A stretch of 64,000 nucleotides of DNA, from the NCBI GenBank assembly GCA_010015805.1, contig ML978122.1:902453-966452 (forward strand). The letters are read 5' to 3'. This document shows, piece after piece, positions 1-13,340 of this stretch. This stretch comes from Rhizodiscina lignyota (lineage: Eukaryota). The notes beneath the pieces were generated by a model, which saw only the letters and a program-made list of their open reading frames with translations, was not told where the DNA came from and did no database searches. The translations under genes and the position numbers were made by a program. Each line of letters begins with the position of its first letter. Position 1 is the first letter of the stretch.

Positions 1-3000
1 AATTACTATATGGTGCCTCGGGATGGAGATTGGAGAAAAAAAGGACGATACCTGAGCAAAGGGTCTAAGAGAAATACGAGCGGTGACGATGTCGGGGCAG
101 CGATGGCCTAGCTTCTACTTGTATCTTCCCTCGTGGCACACTCGGATCTAAGCCGGAACGTTAAGAGGATGGTGTGAGTGGTTATGTCAGTCTGCACTTG
201 CAGCTGTGGTGCGTGACCAGACGAACAATCAGCTGTACAGTAACGAATATGTAAGGTGGAGAAGAGAAGCGCGCTGTCGGCAATGTTAGGAGGACAAAGG
301 TTTACTACAGCAATACCCTGGGAAGCATATTGATGAGTGATTCCGCATATGTTGTATTAATATCACCAGCACGGATGCCACCTTACCAGTCCGAGCAATA
401 TGGTGTCACGGTAAGCTTTCTAGGGAAAGGGCCCAGCATAGGGAGCGATCGAGCCGAGCGGAATCGGGCACGGTGTGCGGCGAAAAGTGTTAAATTGGCG
501 CATCATATCGTCGATGGAGGGCGGTGGGTGGAAGTGTGATGGCTTGAGGCTGTTGTCCCAATGGAATGGCTGGTGCATCCGGTCCTTCCGACACGTTGAT
601 TGATGTCATTTGAGAGAGCTTCCATTTAATTTCTCGACGATATTAAATCAGTACACCCGTCCCCATTTGCTCTTCGGCAAGATTCAAGTATCATGACGCT
701 CTAATGTTCACGTCGGACTCGCTCCGTGCCTGACTGTACAGTTAATTTCCAATCGTCATGGTGTGACGTGAAATTGAGGCTGCTCGGGCTGGGTCAATCC
801 TTCATACCAAGCTTTTTTAAGCCGCCGCTCATCCCTGCCTGCATCGGCACTACTCCGTCTGGCCACGACCTCGAATCATCTCTTCTTTGCCGTTTCTGCT
901 TCTGGAGCACTTCCTTATGTATTTCCTATTTAGTTTACCTTTCCCCTCTGCCTAGCCCGAAGCCTTGCATTCTCGCATTTCCGTGGACTGATGGGAGGAG
1001 AGCCAACCGATCCTCCCGAGCCGTTAGGATTGTTGGGCTGCATACCGGATCGACAGCCTGCCCTGGCGAGAACTCGCTCTGGACTTGCTGAGTAACACCG
1101 ATTTTATGCCACCGAAGCTGCCAGGGCCGCTGACATCACACTCCAGTGTACTTACACTTGCCACATCACTGGTCGGCTCGCTGTTCCGAAGAGATTGTTA
1201 CGGCACGGTTTCTTCTCGCGCGACAGTGCCGACACCGCCAACATTGCATACCTGAAGAGACGTCTTCGCTGAAAGAGGCACGTGCTATCTGACAGATGCC
1301 TTAGCAATACAACGAATCTTTTGATATGGCATCAATGAACGTAGTGCCGCTGAAAAATTGAAAGCGCAACTGCCGAGAGAATGTTTGTCAGTCTTAGCAC
1401 AGTCGAGCGAACCCAAGTCCTCTCAAGCGATGAAAGTATCACATATGAAGCCGGGGAATGAGCTCGCTTCCAAATCGAAGAATATCTGAAAATAGCTTCG
1501 AGGACGATATTCACATTCCAAAAGTATTCATGGATATACATTTGTAAGTTAAAAGGCTGCCGAAGCCACACTTCTCGAGTGGCTCGAAAGCGTACACTCC
1601 GTATCCAAGCTCGTAGTCTTCGCCTTCGGAATCGCATTCATCTCATCGGCCCCCTTATGGAAGATATGAATCGCCTCTTCAAGTTTATGTTTGCAGTTGG
1701 CTATTATTGAAACAGTGCACCGCGTAATGCGACTTCATTGTCGAGAAACAGCGACTTCTTCGAAGCGACACCGATTGACTCTACCCTGACCACATCTTTG
1801 TCAGTAAGGTCAAGTGCTTCGTCAACTTTCTGCACGTTCACACACCTTTCTCCGGTCAGACACTCTACCATTAGAAAAAGTCATCGGATTTAGCTAATTT
1901 CTCCAAGAAAGGGACATTGAATGTCACCAGCTGCAGGCCAGAAAATTTCGACACCTCGTCCGAAGCTCACATGGCAACAACCATGATTTCTGCTTGATAG
2001 CTACGTGCTTGATGGACGAGAGTTCTTTAAACATGTCGTTAGTGTGTCCGCATTGTTCAACTTTGGTTGTCCGAAAGAGCTCGAGGGGCCCTCGAAAATC
2101 AAGCGATTCTTGCTTTTGATATCTCTGACTATGAGAAATTTCGAAAAAAGCATAGACAAACGCAAGCGCAGGAGATATTATCTTGCTCTACATTGACTTT
2201 ACCGATTGCATTTCTGCAAGGAGGAGAGGGTCTCGCGAAGTCAGTAGAGGAAGAGCGTAGATGGAGTACATTAGAGAATTGGGTCTCACAGAAGTCCCTC
2301 GACAGACAAACATTCACAGTGACAAAGGAACAATGCGCCAAAAATAAACGGAAGTACAAGTCTTGAAAACCGTCTAAGGTGACAGGTGTCATCGGACAGT
2401 TACTCTATACTGTTGTGAATCCTGTCAAGACGTATAGCATCTCCACTATCGATTCTGGCAGTCGATGAGAGCCTGTAGTCGTTGCTCCTCTACACAAGCT
2501 AATCGGAATCATAAGGATGCGATGGAACTCCGGGTGGTACCGCCGTGGCTTCGAGACGTCTTCTAGAACTGGACACAAACTCCATTGCGCAATAGATGGC
2601 CACGTTTCTTGCATGTACGTGACGCCCGAATGATCCGAATACGACGTGTCAAATGGCTTCGCAAGACCGCAAAGAGGGCTCCGCGCAAACAAAGCCAGCG
2701 CACGGCATGCCAAGTCGATAATGGAATGCATTCCGAAAGCAGGCTGGAGCCGAACGGTCCCGTTTTCCAAGCGTTCCGAGAATATCGAGAATGTTGGCAG
2801 TGACACCAGAAATTGGCAAACTGGACGATCGGAAGTTTTTGTAGACACATGGCCGCCACCAACCCATGCTACGAATATTGGGGAGCGAACTGACAAAGGG
2901 TACTCCGTGCTACATTATCTTGTGAGCCGCCGGGTCCACAGGATCGTGGCATGTCAACGTCAACTCTCAGCTCGTTGTAGCACAGCATTGCATCATGTAC

Positions 3001-3875
3001 GATCACGAGCCTCCAGCTGCGCTGTTTTTCAGCCTCGTATATTGAAATCGCGCGGGATTGCCCAAGAGTTAAGATTTGTCTCCGCACACAAGCTCTCGCC
3101 AAGCCTGTTTCGTTTGTTTGTCTCGAAACGTTCTTTGCCTGAAATGAGTACAAGCCGGCCTCGGCCTTGCATTGAATATAGCCAAAAGGAGGATGACAGC
3201 GACGTTGTATTTCGCTGGGAGTCGAGCCCCTGACGAGATGAAATGCGCGCCAAGATGTGGTAAAGGAGGCTCAGCCACCCGCCCTCTCCGCTTTTCAAGG
3301 TACCATCCTCCTCCTATTCGCTGCGGCTGGCAACTGCTATTTCGAGCTTGGGCCCTTCGAACAACCTCCCACCTCCAACCACCGCGTCGGAATGGCTGCT
3401 CAACGCAATTGCATGAAGGCCACCCTTCCTCTTCCTTCCAGAATCCTGTTCAATGGAAGACCAGGAATGCTCTTCCTCGGCGAGATGCATGTCACCTACT
3501 CGGGGATCAGGAGGATGACTCTCATCTGGCCCGAGCGGCTATATCGACGGTAGGGGAAGGTAAGTATATAACGATCGACGTCTCTTGTGGGAGCGCCTCT
3601 CTATTCCGTCCAACTTTATGTCATAGACACTTGGCATTTGTTTCAGGTCAGGCACATCGATCGCTAAAAGATCTCTTTACCCAGATTTCTGGCCTTTTAA
3701 TAAAGCTCTTTCCTCCCTTCACCACCATCCACGCCGTTGTACCTACCATCAAACAATTACCCTGACAACCATCTCTTTCACCTTTAAATCCCTATAACTG
3801 CTGCTAATTTCTTAATCTTTTAATCACACTCTTCACAAATAACTTTCCCACAACCAAATCAAGCCCGCCGTCAAA

Positions 3876-4470
3876 ATGCGCACCTCCGCTCTTGTAGTCG
3901 CCATCGCCTCAATGGCCTCTTCCGTCTCCGCCTTAGTCGCAGCTCGCCTCTCCACAGCAACCCTCTCAGAAACCGCGCCATGGAAGCTCACCAATATCCA
4001 ATACTACATCAGCGCCGTCCCCTCCAACGAGACGACAAACAGCACCACACCATCGTCCATCTCATTCCACATCGCCGACACGAGCCCCGGACTACAGTTT
4101 GAGGGCGACTGTAAGCGCACTGTCCCCGCCAACGGCAGCCTCACCGACGGTTTGTGGTACCCGTGCGGCGATATCGAGAACATGTTCTGGCAGTTTGACT
4201 CCGACAAGGCCATTCATATCCAGCATGGGTGGACCGATCCTAGGTACGTACCCACGTTACCTTTTCTGGATTATGATAGACAAGGTCGTACTAACATTAG
4301 ATAGTGTCGGCAACGCGGGCCAGGACTTCGTGACCTGCTTCGGATCATGGGCGACGTCTGCGCATCCGTTCGCCGTCCCCGCCTCCGGAGCGTGGGAGCC
4401 GAGCACGCTGAAGGGCACCAACTACACGCAAGGATGCATGGAGATCTACTGTACGGAGATGACCGCCTAA
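3876..4470 (+). CDS. Small secreted cysteine-containing protein (~177 aa), possibly Alt a 1 (AA1)-like beta fold; 2 exons (3876-4243, 4305-4470)
   Basis: Hydrophobic signal peptide MRTSALVVAIASMASSVSA. A 61-nt intron GTACGT..TACTAAC..TAG (4244-4304) joins the two ORF-track frames in phase. The W-x-L-T-N..I-S-F..C..W-Y-P-C pattern resembles AA1-like proteins; the fold call is an inference. Confidence 0.8.
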
Positions 4471-5610
4471 GACAGCACCCTTGCACAACAATCCCGATCG
4501 AGGCTATGGCTTCACCACTATAGCTTGACGACCCAAAGCATTGCATCCATTTCCTTTTGTTCATGACGACAATATCTCTCTTGACGGTCGGTACATAATG
4601 GTTAATAATATCTCGGGGGCTGACGGCTACCCATCTTTGCATCAGGTACGGAAGAAGCTTAAAGTCGCGTACGTTGGTCGCGACGAGTACGGACACGTGA
4701 TGCTGGCAAATCTGGCACTCCTTAGAATTGCATGACGGTTGTATTATATATTATGAATGCGAGACTAAATGGCCACATTGGCATAGAGCAGCTTAAATGC
4801 TCAATTCTGCTTCGTAGTTCAAAGATAACTTCCAACATGACTCGGAGCAAGCAGAGATATGCCTAGCGACTTCTAACCTTTCACTGCTACTTTGCTTACT
4901 TTTGCCGGGCTCTTCGACATAGGACCTCCTCCACTGCATATAGCCACAGACTGAAGGAATTATATCCGCACACCCTTATACATGCTCTGATGTGTGTTCT
5001 CTTCATTTAATATACTTCATGATTCTCCAAGCGCGTGTCGTTAATAAATACTATCTAAAAATATTTCACCAGACTTTTAGACATGTTCTCGGTGGCGGTG
5101 CAGAGCAAGCATACCTTGGCTTAGAGGGGTGCGATGAGAGTCGCGAGTAGCTATTGAACACACGGAGGTTTCTTGGAAGTGCCGGGGGAGACATTGATAA
5201 CGTAGCTCCGCAGACTGGTCGCTCGCTGAAAACTAGCTCCTTCGTAACGGAGAACAAGAAGTTCGTAAGCCTTGAAATTCCAGCGGAAGAAAGCGAACTC
5301 TGCCGCAACTTAAAAGGCATGGCGTAACAAGTTGTTGTACGCCTTCATTCATCGTCTCGAACCGAGGATCGCGTGAGGTGAGGCCAGCAGCATCGAAGCA
5401 AGGTACAGTAGAATTGTAAGTCACTGTGCCTTGGAAAGAAGAAAGATAAGCTCTTTGGATATCAAAGAACTAGCTATATTTGAGCATTGCTTGATCTCAA
5501 TGCTCGCGTTGTGGAGCGGATCTTGCAATTGAAACTTGGAACTTTCGCCATATCGCCGGTCCCACCATTCCATGACGCCATTTGGTCCATCTCCCAAACT
5601 CCTAACCCAA

Positions 5611-6312
5611 TTACGCTGGGACAAACGCAACAGGTCCCAGAAGATCCGATGCCGCAACTTCTAGCTTCTCTCCGACCTTCTTGACGTTCTCCCGAACCCT
5701 CCGCGAATGCTTAGCCGGCCTCGCCTGCCCTTCCCGGTTCGGTGGCAGTAATGGTAGATCCGTGATGCTCTCACTTGATCCCTCATCGCTTAGAATTCCG
5801 TCGCTACATAGGCTGGAGGCTCGGGGAGAGCCGCGGCTGTCGTGGTCGCTTTTGGAGCCTGTGGATGATCCACATGTGCTTCGAGTGGAGGGAGATCTTT
5901 TCGATCGACGCGATCTGGTTGACGAGGATCGAGGTATGATCGATAGGCCGAAGCATGCTTCTGATTGTGGCGCGTCGAGAGACACCGGAGGATTTGTCTC
6001 TGGCGACTCCAGTTGCTGGCGCTCTGCTCTATTGTCGGTGTCACCTACAGGTCGCTTTGTGACGCCAACGGCTCGCTCCCGGCGAGGTTTCATGTTCTCG
6101 TACATCGACCGTGTTTTGCTCTTCGTGAGTGGCGCATCTTCGAGTGAGTAGTACAGGCTCTCAGGACCATTCAAGAATGCAGCACTTCTTCTGAATTTGG
6201 AGATCATGCTCATGGAGCGCCTTTCTTCTTCATTCGGAGGTGGTCCCACGTGAGATCTCGGCCGCGGCTGTGGCATAGCGATGTGTGCCGGCGGCGATCT
6301 GTTTTGGTCCAT
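5611..6312 (-). CDS. Hypothetical Ser/Arg/Pro-rich, likely disordered protein (233 aa)
   Basis: ATG-initiated 702-nt ORF with no recognisable domain. Confidence 0.5.
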   Translation of the reverse strand: MDQNRSPPAHIAMPQPRPRSHVGPPPNEEERRSMSMISKFRRSAAFLNGPESLYYSLEDAPLTKSKTRSMYENMKPRRERAVGVTKRPVGDTDNRAERQQLESPETNPPVSLDAPQSEACFGLSIIPRSSSTRSRRSKRSPSTRSTCGSSTGSKSDHDSRGSPRASSLCSDGILSDEGSSESITDLPLLPPNREGQARPAKHSRRVRENVKKVGEKLEVAASDLLGPVAFVPA

Positions 6313-6712
6313 GAGTAGATTTGACGACAGATTTGTAGCGAATGTTAAGGTTCCCGTGGATTCGATCGATTCCGAGCAACGAGAAGAGGTTACGGCATCG
6401 AGAGAGCCTAAGCGATTGTAGCTGTCCTCTCGTGCCCAGATGTGGATATTGAAAGAAGCCCCAGGAAGGTACTTATCGTAGAGATCGGCGTTGCTTCAAC
6501 TGCAGGTCATGGCTGAACTGCCAGCGCATCATTGGAGCTGTCACAGATTTACAGTGCCTCAACGATAGGCAGTCTCCGTTACAGTAGCTCTCATTTGCTT
6601 ACCGGAGTCGCCAGCTAGCAGCCAAAAGTGTTTATTTTAGCATGGCTTAGAGGTCCAAGAAACCCTAAATATTCACATTTAGCTAATAATTTACAAACTC
6701 AGATCCAACCCT

Positions 6713-8377
6713 TCAACCCCCTCCATCGCCCCAACTTTGCCACTGCTCATCTTTTCTCCTAATCCTGTTTCTTGACGATGGTCTATCGGGCGGGCGTCTA
6801 GCGCCAGCATTCAAGAAGTCTTCAGGGACATCATTCCAGTTCTCTGTTGGGTTTGCGCGGCTTCCCGAATGTTGTGCAGGACTCCCTGTACGGCTCAACG
6901 TTTGGAGCGGCGTTGCGTTGTCATGATGCCTCTGTGGAGGCCGAGCAGGTCGATTGTAGCCTCCAAGCATGCCCTGCTGCTGGTCATAGAATCGCCCTGC
7001 TCCATTCATGGTTGGACTTGAGGCGTAGTCGTTACCCCATCTCTGCCCCTGTAACGCCTGCTCTTGGATCCTCGCTTCACGCTGGCTTGCGATCTTTTCT
7101 CTAGCCTCTAGCCACTTTGGGCTTGCTTCCCAGCTCCATCCATCACCGGTTGTATTACAGACCGGAAGCCACCAGAGCCACCATTTCTCTCCAAAGATAT
7201 GAAGTAAGTTTCGCCGCAAACCGAGGTCGAATGCGTTCGGCATAGCATTACTATCTTGCTCATCGAGATAATCTTCGTAGCGGCCGCGCTCTCGCGACTC
7301 GTAGTTGTCATACGTCTGTCGGAGGGAGGAGTGTGCGGGCGAAGAATAGTGTTGATCAAAGTGAGGCGCCGGGGACGACCGCTCTTCGCCTTCTTCAGGG
7401 CGGGTCACACCCGGTAAAGCATTAGCATGGATCTCTCGTAATTGATCGCTGATGCTTGGTCTTCCATTTCCATAGGCATAGCCATTGCTACCGGCGAAAC
7501 CGTTGATAGAGTGCCGTTGTGCATCATACTGTTCCTGCATCGAGTGCCGTAGAGGCGCAAGATATCTTGTCTTTTCCAAACTCTCGATTGTAGTGCGTCC
7601 AACGGAAGCAAGCCAAATATGCCACCCCGTAAAGCCCGTCAAGACGAGTCCAATGATGCCAGAGAGAACACAGAGGAGTATGTAGTTGACGGGCATCAAC
7701 GTTTCGGTAAACTGATTGTCGCTCAAGACTTCAGACCATAGCCAGGAAGCCGTAGCTGCAAAACATAGCCAGCAGAACAGGCAAGTGTATATCAGAAACA
7801 GGAGGAATGGTTTGTAGTTGTGCAGGCCGACACATGTCGCTAGCCACGGGCAGTGGTGGTCCATTTTGAGTACGCATCGTTTGCATGTCGAGCAGTGATG
7901 TGTTCTGTCCGGCTTCTTGCACTCGCACTTCTTGCAGAAGCGGATATCGCCTGTCGATTTGACTGTAAAAGAGGTGTACGGGTGGTTGCCGGATTCTTCG
8001 GTTGCGAGATGGCTGTACCCGTCTTTCGTATTTAAGGGAGAGCCTGGGTCAGTGAATACGGCGATCGTGTATGAGGAGTTAAGAAGGAGGTATAGAGCGA
8101 GTCCGAGAAATGAAGAAAAGTACCCTGTATCTGGATGTCAGTCGTCGCTCTGCTAACTCGACAGTCTTGAAGACGAACCCGTCCACAGCGCCTTCTCTGG
8201 TCTTAAGCCTATGCCAACCTCTACCCACGCAGCCCATGATGTAAGGCCATATATAAATGTCAGAGGGAAGTACGTTATGATTCCGCAGCAAAAGCGTTCG
8301 ACCTTTCGCGCCCAAGCCTTTGGTCGGCGGCGATGAGAAGGTGACGACGGCGGTGACGGTGAGCCCAGTGTAGCCAT
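6713..8377 (-). CDS. PFA3: DHHC palmitoyltransferase, Pfa3 type; exons 8377-8179 and 8124-6713
   Basis: Spliced product contains TDPG, RFCKKC..KPDRTHHCSTCKRCVLKMDHHCPW, TTIE and NAFDLG..N motifs plus TM helices. Intron 8125-8178 is GTTCGT..CTGAC..CAG (54 nt). Confidence 0.9.
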
Positions 8378-8844
8378 CTTTCCAACTACAACTTCGACTC
8401 ACGTCGTCGCCGCGGGCTCTCTCGGAAGGAGTGGACCAGATGAAACATGCGCGTCGTGGGAGTGCGGAATACTGGTTCGCGATTCATGCGTGCTTCAAGC
8501 GTGGAGAGTTGACATTATGGAGAAAATTCTCAGGAACACACGAGTGGTGTCTGGCTCATGCTTCTACTAACAAAGAATGCAGGAACAATAAGTGCGGTCG
8601 AAAGGCTGTGTATAAATGAATTGCGTGGCGCCAACTCGGAGGTGAGGCGCAGACGTCAAAGCGGAACGCGCAACCCTGATTATGTCACCAGGAGGCAGGG
8701 GGAGGGCTATGTAAGTTGACACTCACCAAGTAGATTTCAAGATATGGGGTAGGTAGTAGAGAATACTAAACGGTACGGAGGACATATCGTAACTCAGTGG
8801 CCAATGGGGGAATGTAATGTTTTTAATGCTACAATATTGTACAG

Positions 8845-10643
8845 TTACGCGTTGGTGCTATCCTGAGATCTTGGACTACGGGAGAAAAGACTACCTATCC
8901 TGCTCCATATACTCTTCTTTTCCTCCTCCTGCTGCCGCCGCTTCTCTTTCTCTGTTTCCTCTGGCTTGTCTTTCTTCTTCTTGCCATCGTCTTCGCCTTG
9001 CCCACTGTCTTCGCCATCCAGCTGTACGTTCTTCATGAACTCTTCTTCCTCGGGAGTCAACTTCTGGCCTTTGTCTTTCTTCGCCGCTAGCATTTCAAAT
9101 CGCGACAGTTGGTGGTCGCCTCTCCACAATTCCCGTATGCGATCTGGATTTGACACTCTTCCATACACGTAGCCCATCTCTTCGTGGGCCACCTCCTCGG
9201 GCCAGCTCCGGGCATAATCGGCATCAACACCATCGGCCCACATGATATGCACCCCTTCCATCCAGAAGACCGGCAACCGTTCCGGGTGAAGTTCATCCAA
9301 AACGCGGAAGCGTTCTGAACCGCGTTTGGGGAGAGGCCGGTAATTCTTGAGGTGCTCTGCAAACTTTTTATGGCGCAGCATGTCCTGAACAAACAAGCGC
9401 TGTTCCTCGCTTCTTCCTTCGGTGAGTTGTTCTGCTTCTTTAATGGCCTCTGATGAAACCTGACTTTCGACAGCTTCCCTTCGAGCGAGCTGTTCCTTGG
9501 CTTTCGCAATTTCGCTTTCTGTTGGGGCTTCTAGAGATGGTCTTAACATGGCCTGTCTCGTCTCGAGCCTCTTAATTTCTCTGTTGGTGAGCTTTCGCTG
9601 GTTCTCATCCTGATCTTCCATCTGACGCCTGAGAGCTGCTATCTCGTCCTCCCTCGCTTTGAGCTTGGCCTCGAGCTCCGGTTTGAGCTTCATCTCGCCT
9701 TCCCCTTTAGCGATCTGCTCCAATCTTGCTACTCGAATTTCTTCATCCTCCCAATGCTCCCTCCATAGCTTCCTTTGCTCTTCCCCCTTCCGGCTCTGAA
9801 TTTCCAACACAGCCGCAAGATCAGCAACACTGTTTGCCTTTTGATTTTGGAGCAGTCGTATCCGCAAACTCTTCCGTGGCAGGGGTGTGTCATCCTCAGG
9901 CTTTTTCCAGCAGTATTCATGCATCATCCGGAACTCGCGGAGCTGACGATAAGCCTCGCGCCCTTGGTACTGAGTGGGGAAGGTGACAATGGCAAGACAG
10001 GACCACAGGTCTGGGCGGAGGTGTGATGAGACAGACTTTTTGCCAACAAACGTCAACTGCTTGAGACTGGATTCCTGCAGATGAAAAGACTAGGTTAGAC
10101 CATTCAGTAAAGGGGACTCGGTGGAATTACCTTCAACTCTTGCGTGAATGAGTACACGACTTGGTTCGTCACTAGATGGTTAAAGATGTATATGTGTCTA
10201 CCATACTCCATATCCTTGATCCTGACTACCACATTGCCATTCCTCTCCCTCGCAGAATTCTTCGGTGGGATCTTCGCCTGGACGACTTGATCGTGTCCAA
10301 GTTCGGAGACATTTATCGACGGTGATAATCGAAAGTCAAAGTGAATTCCCGGTTTGAAGCCCCCCTCTTCCAAGTTTTTCCTCTCATGGCGAGCTATTCG
10401 CTTCTTGCGAATAAGCACGCTCGACTGTTCGGCCTGCCGTCTGATGTCCGCGCGTACTTTCTTTTGAGTGGGAGAGATGGCCCATTTTGGCGCAGGACCT
10501 GCTCCTTTTCGTCCACGTCTTGCCTTATTTTGCTCTCCAGCGATGACTTCGCCAAGTTGTTTCGATGCGGCTCTAGCAACAGCATTTAACGGATGAGCAG
10601 AGTTGGTGGCAATTGCCTTCAATGGTTGTGCTGGAGGTGCCAT
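8845..10643 (-). CDS. MHR1: Mitochondrial Mhr1 / mitoribosomal mL67 family protein (~580 aa); exons 10643-10131 and 10074-8845
   Basis: Mhr1-like motifs YGRHIYIFNHLVTNQVVYS, QLTFVGKK..LRPDLW, AYRQLREFRMMHE and NQKANSVADLAAVL, plus a C-terminal IMWAD..DADYA..WP motif. Intron 10075-10130 is GTAATT..CTAAC..CAG. Confidence 0.85.
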
Positions 10644-11023
10644 GTTTCGCTCGGGGGAGAGACGCTAAGGAGAGAAGGCGGAGGGTGATGGCGGCAGACA
10701 AGGAAAGGGCCAAATTCCCCAAAGGTCCTCGATCGTGCTCTGAAAGGGCAAAATCCCATCGAGGTACACCGCGAAGTTGAGGAGATGCGTTGGAGGAAGA
10801 GCTGCAACACCAAAGCTAAAAAGTTCGCGATGGTCGAAGCGCGCCAAGCCCGAACATCTTGAAAGCTCCGCCGCGACGTGTAGCTGGCAACAGATCTGCC
10901 AACAACCCAATCGCGGAGAAACACGTTCCACCCTCTGAGTGATCGAGAAACTCGCCCCTTTCACACTCCTTTGCACAATGGTGACGTTATAGCATCGACC
11001 TTCACGTACCTTTTATATAAGCA

Positions 11024-13032
11024 ATGGTGGGGGATGACCAGGCCTCAGTGCCTCCATACACGCGGCGAGAGCGGCCATGGCTACTACCATACGTTCGAAC
11101 TCCAGTTCCGAAGTAGAAAGATATAGACTGATAACTCTACACCAGAACCGCAAGCTCCGGCATCTTCAAGGAATCACCATACGCAATGTCGCCATTCCGC
11201 AAGCCCCCTCCGCCACGCGGCCGCGCGGAAAGACAATCGACGACGACGCGCTTCCATATACTCTCAAATCACCAGCTAAGGCCCTTGCGCTGCGAGAGAA
11301 GAAGGAATTGGCACATTCGCGGTCCTCGTCGGACTTGAGGGCAATCAACCAATCTGTTATTGTTGAGTCCAAAGACAATGCAGTACCCACCGAAGCGGGC
11401 AGGATATCTCCCAACAGGCCAAGATTGAACAGACTGCGCCGAAGAAGTACAATGGAATGGACAGGAGCAAGCCCACTTGCGCGGCAGAAAAAGTTGGAAG
11501 ATGTGGCTGGAGCTCGAATGCTGGACTCATTCTTTGCATTGCACATACCAAATATGGGGGAGCCAATCTACATCAGCGAGACTGCGGAGAAAGCCATGAA
11601 TCCAAATTTTCGCTTCTTTGACCTCAGTTCGTGGGGGCCAGGCATAACTCGGAGAGATGACCTGATCGTCAAATTCTTCGCAAAAACCGAATACATGTCA
11701 GACTATCAATTCGTTGTCGAGCTGAGCGTGAGCTTGTCGTCGCTCCAATTTATTGGAAAGACTCTGGAAAACTTTCGTCACCCTTTACCGGAGAATAGCA
11801 TAATCTTCCACCTTACAGACGGCATTTACACGTCCTTTACGAATTTGCCCACGACTGACAGTGTCCTCTCCGACTTCACATCGTTCGCTGCTCCACGCTC
11901 CTCAACATCTCGCGTGCTTCCTACTTCGTCCTACGATGCCCTCATGCGCCTCGCTACACTCGACACATGCATCCAAGATGCTTTTCATACTCGCGACACT
12001 CTCAGCGCACAGATATCCGCGATTCTCGAAGCCAACAGAGACTCGCTGTCAAAGGTCGATCGTGTTCCGGAAACACGCGAAGCAGCATCCCGTGTCGACT
12101 CAGCGGTCACGACCCAGCACAAGCGTCTCGAATCTACCAGGCGCCGCCGCGAGGAGCTGCAGTCTGCCATTCTCTCCCGGCGAGATAGCATGGGACGCGG
12201 GCGCACTGCACAGGCGAAGGCAGCTGAGGATATCGCATCAGCGTCTGAGCAGCTCGAGAAGAGCCGAGAATTAGTGCGGCAAACTGCCGAGGACATCGTT
12301 GGACAGAGACGACGGTGTTGTGAAGAGCTACAGACTGTCTACCCTATCGATCCAGTGCCAGGAAAGTCATTGTCATTCACAATCAGAGGTGCCCATCTCC
12401 CAAACTCTAACTTCGATGACGCGGACGAGAGCGCGGTCGCAGCTGCCCTGGGCCACGTGGCACAAGTCGTGCATTTGCTCTCGTTCTATCTCGCAACGCC
12501 GTTACCGTATCCGATATCACCACGGAGCTCAACGTCTTCTATAAACGACCCAATCTCTGAGACTACAGGGCCTCGAACATATCCGTTATTCTTGAAGGGA
12601 GCAGTACGCTTCAGGTTTGAATACGGCGTCTTTCTCCTGAACAAGGATATTGAGATTCTGGCTAACGGGTTCGGTCTGAAACTGTTAGACCTCCGCCATA
12701 CGTTGCCGAATTTGAAGTATCTGCTCTATATTACGACAGCTGGGAAGGGCGAGCTCCCCGCACGTAAGGCGGGCGGAGTCAGAGCTCTACTAAGGGCCAG
12801 GGGCGAAAGCAGCGGTGGGACGACGCCGACGCTGAGCCGCGTAGGCAGCGATGATAGTGCCGTAATTGGAGACGTTTATGTGAAGGGGGCGAGTGCCTCT
12901 CAAGCTGTCAAAGCCAAGTTGAAGGAGAGTCCAATGCATAGTGGCATGAATGGGCGAGCTGTTGGTGGAAGAACATCCTCTGGATTGGCACCCGCCGTGC
13001 AACATTCAAGCAAGCTTGGCGATCCGGGCTGA
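11024..13032 (+). CDS. VPS38: UVRAG/Vps38 (class III PI3K complex II subunit); exons 11024-11092 and 11146-13032
   Basis: Splicing intron 11093-11145 (GTTCGA..CTGAT..CAG) gives RERPWLLPYNRKLRHLQGITIRN. Then PIYISE..MNPNF, a coiled coil, and a BARA-like C-terminus (ALGHVA..YL..PLPYP..YPLF..RFEYGVFLLNKDIE). Confidence 0.85.
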
Positions 13033-13340
13033 GTACCTTATCGAAGTGTATAGGTTCTTTTCATTTTATAATACTGGGAATATCGTCACCAGCCAAGTTT
13101 TCTCGCGACATTCTCTTGGCCCAAAATTCGTCCCACCAAAGTCCATTTCCGCTTTTGAAACTTACTCACAGGTTTGAAACGGATTCTATATTGTGCATCA
13201 AAAAGTCATCTCTTCAATGAAGTTTCATTCAGCAATCATCAGTCTTAACAACTAAGACGGCCAAACCATATCCTTCGTCGCTTCTGGAGAAAGCGGAAGG
13301 GCGCTGTGTAATTCTCGTCTTTCTATTGTAAGAGAGCATG

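Noticed and set aside
1..3800. Numerous short ORFs (e.g. 2646-3233, 3172-3765) and protein-like fragments on the minus strand at ~1550-1860
   Set aside because: No recognisable domain, consistent splice pattern or coherent frame. A decayed gene cannot be excluded but is unsupported.
11077..13032. ORF-track start for VPS38 at 11077
   Set aside because: It reads through an intron. The spliced model from ATG 11024 restores the RPWLLPYNRKLRHL motif.
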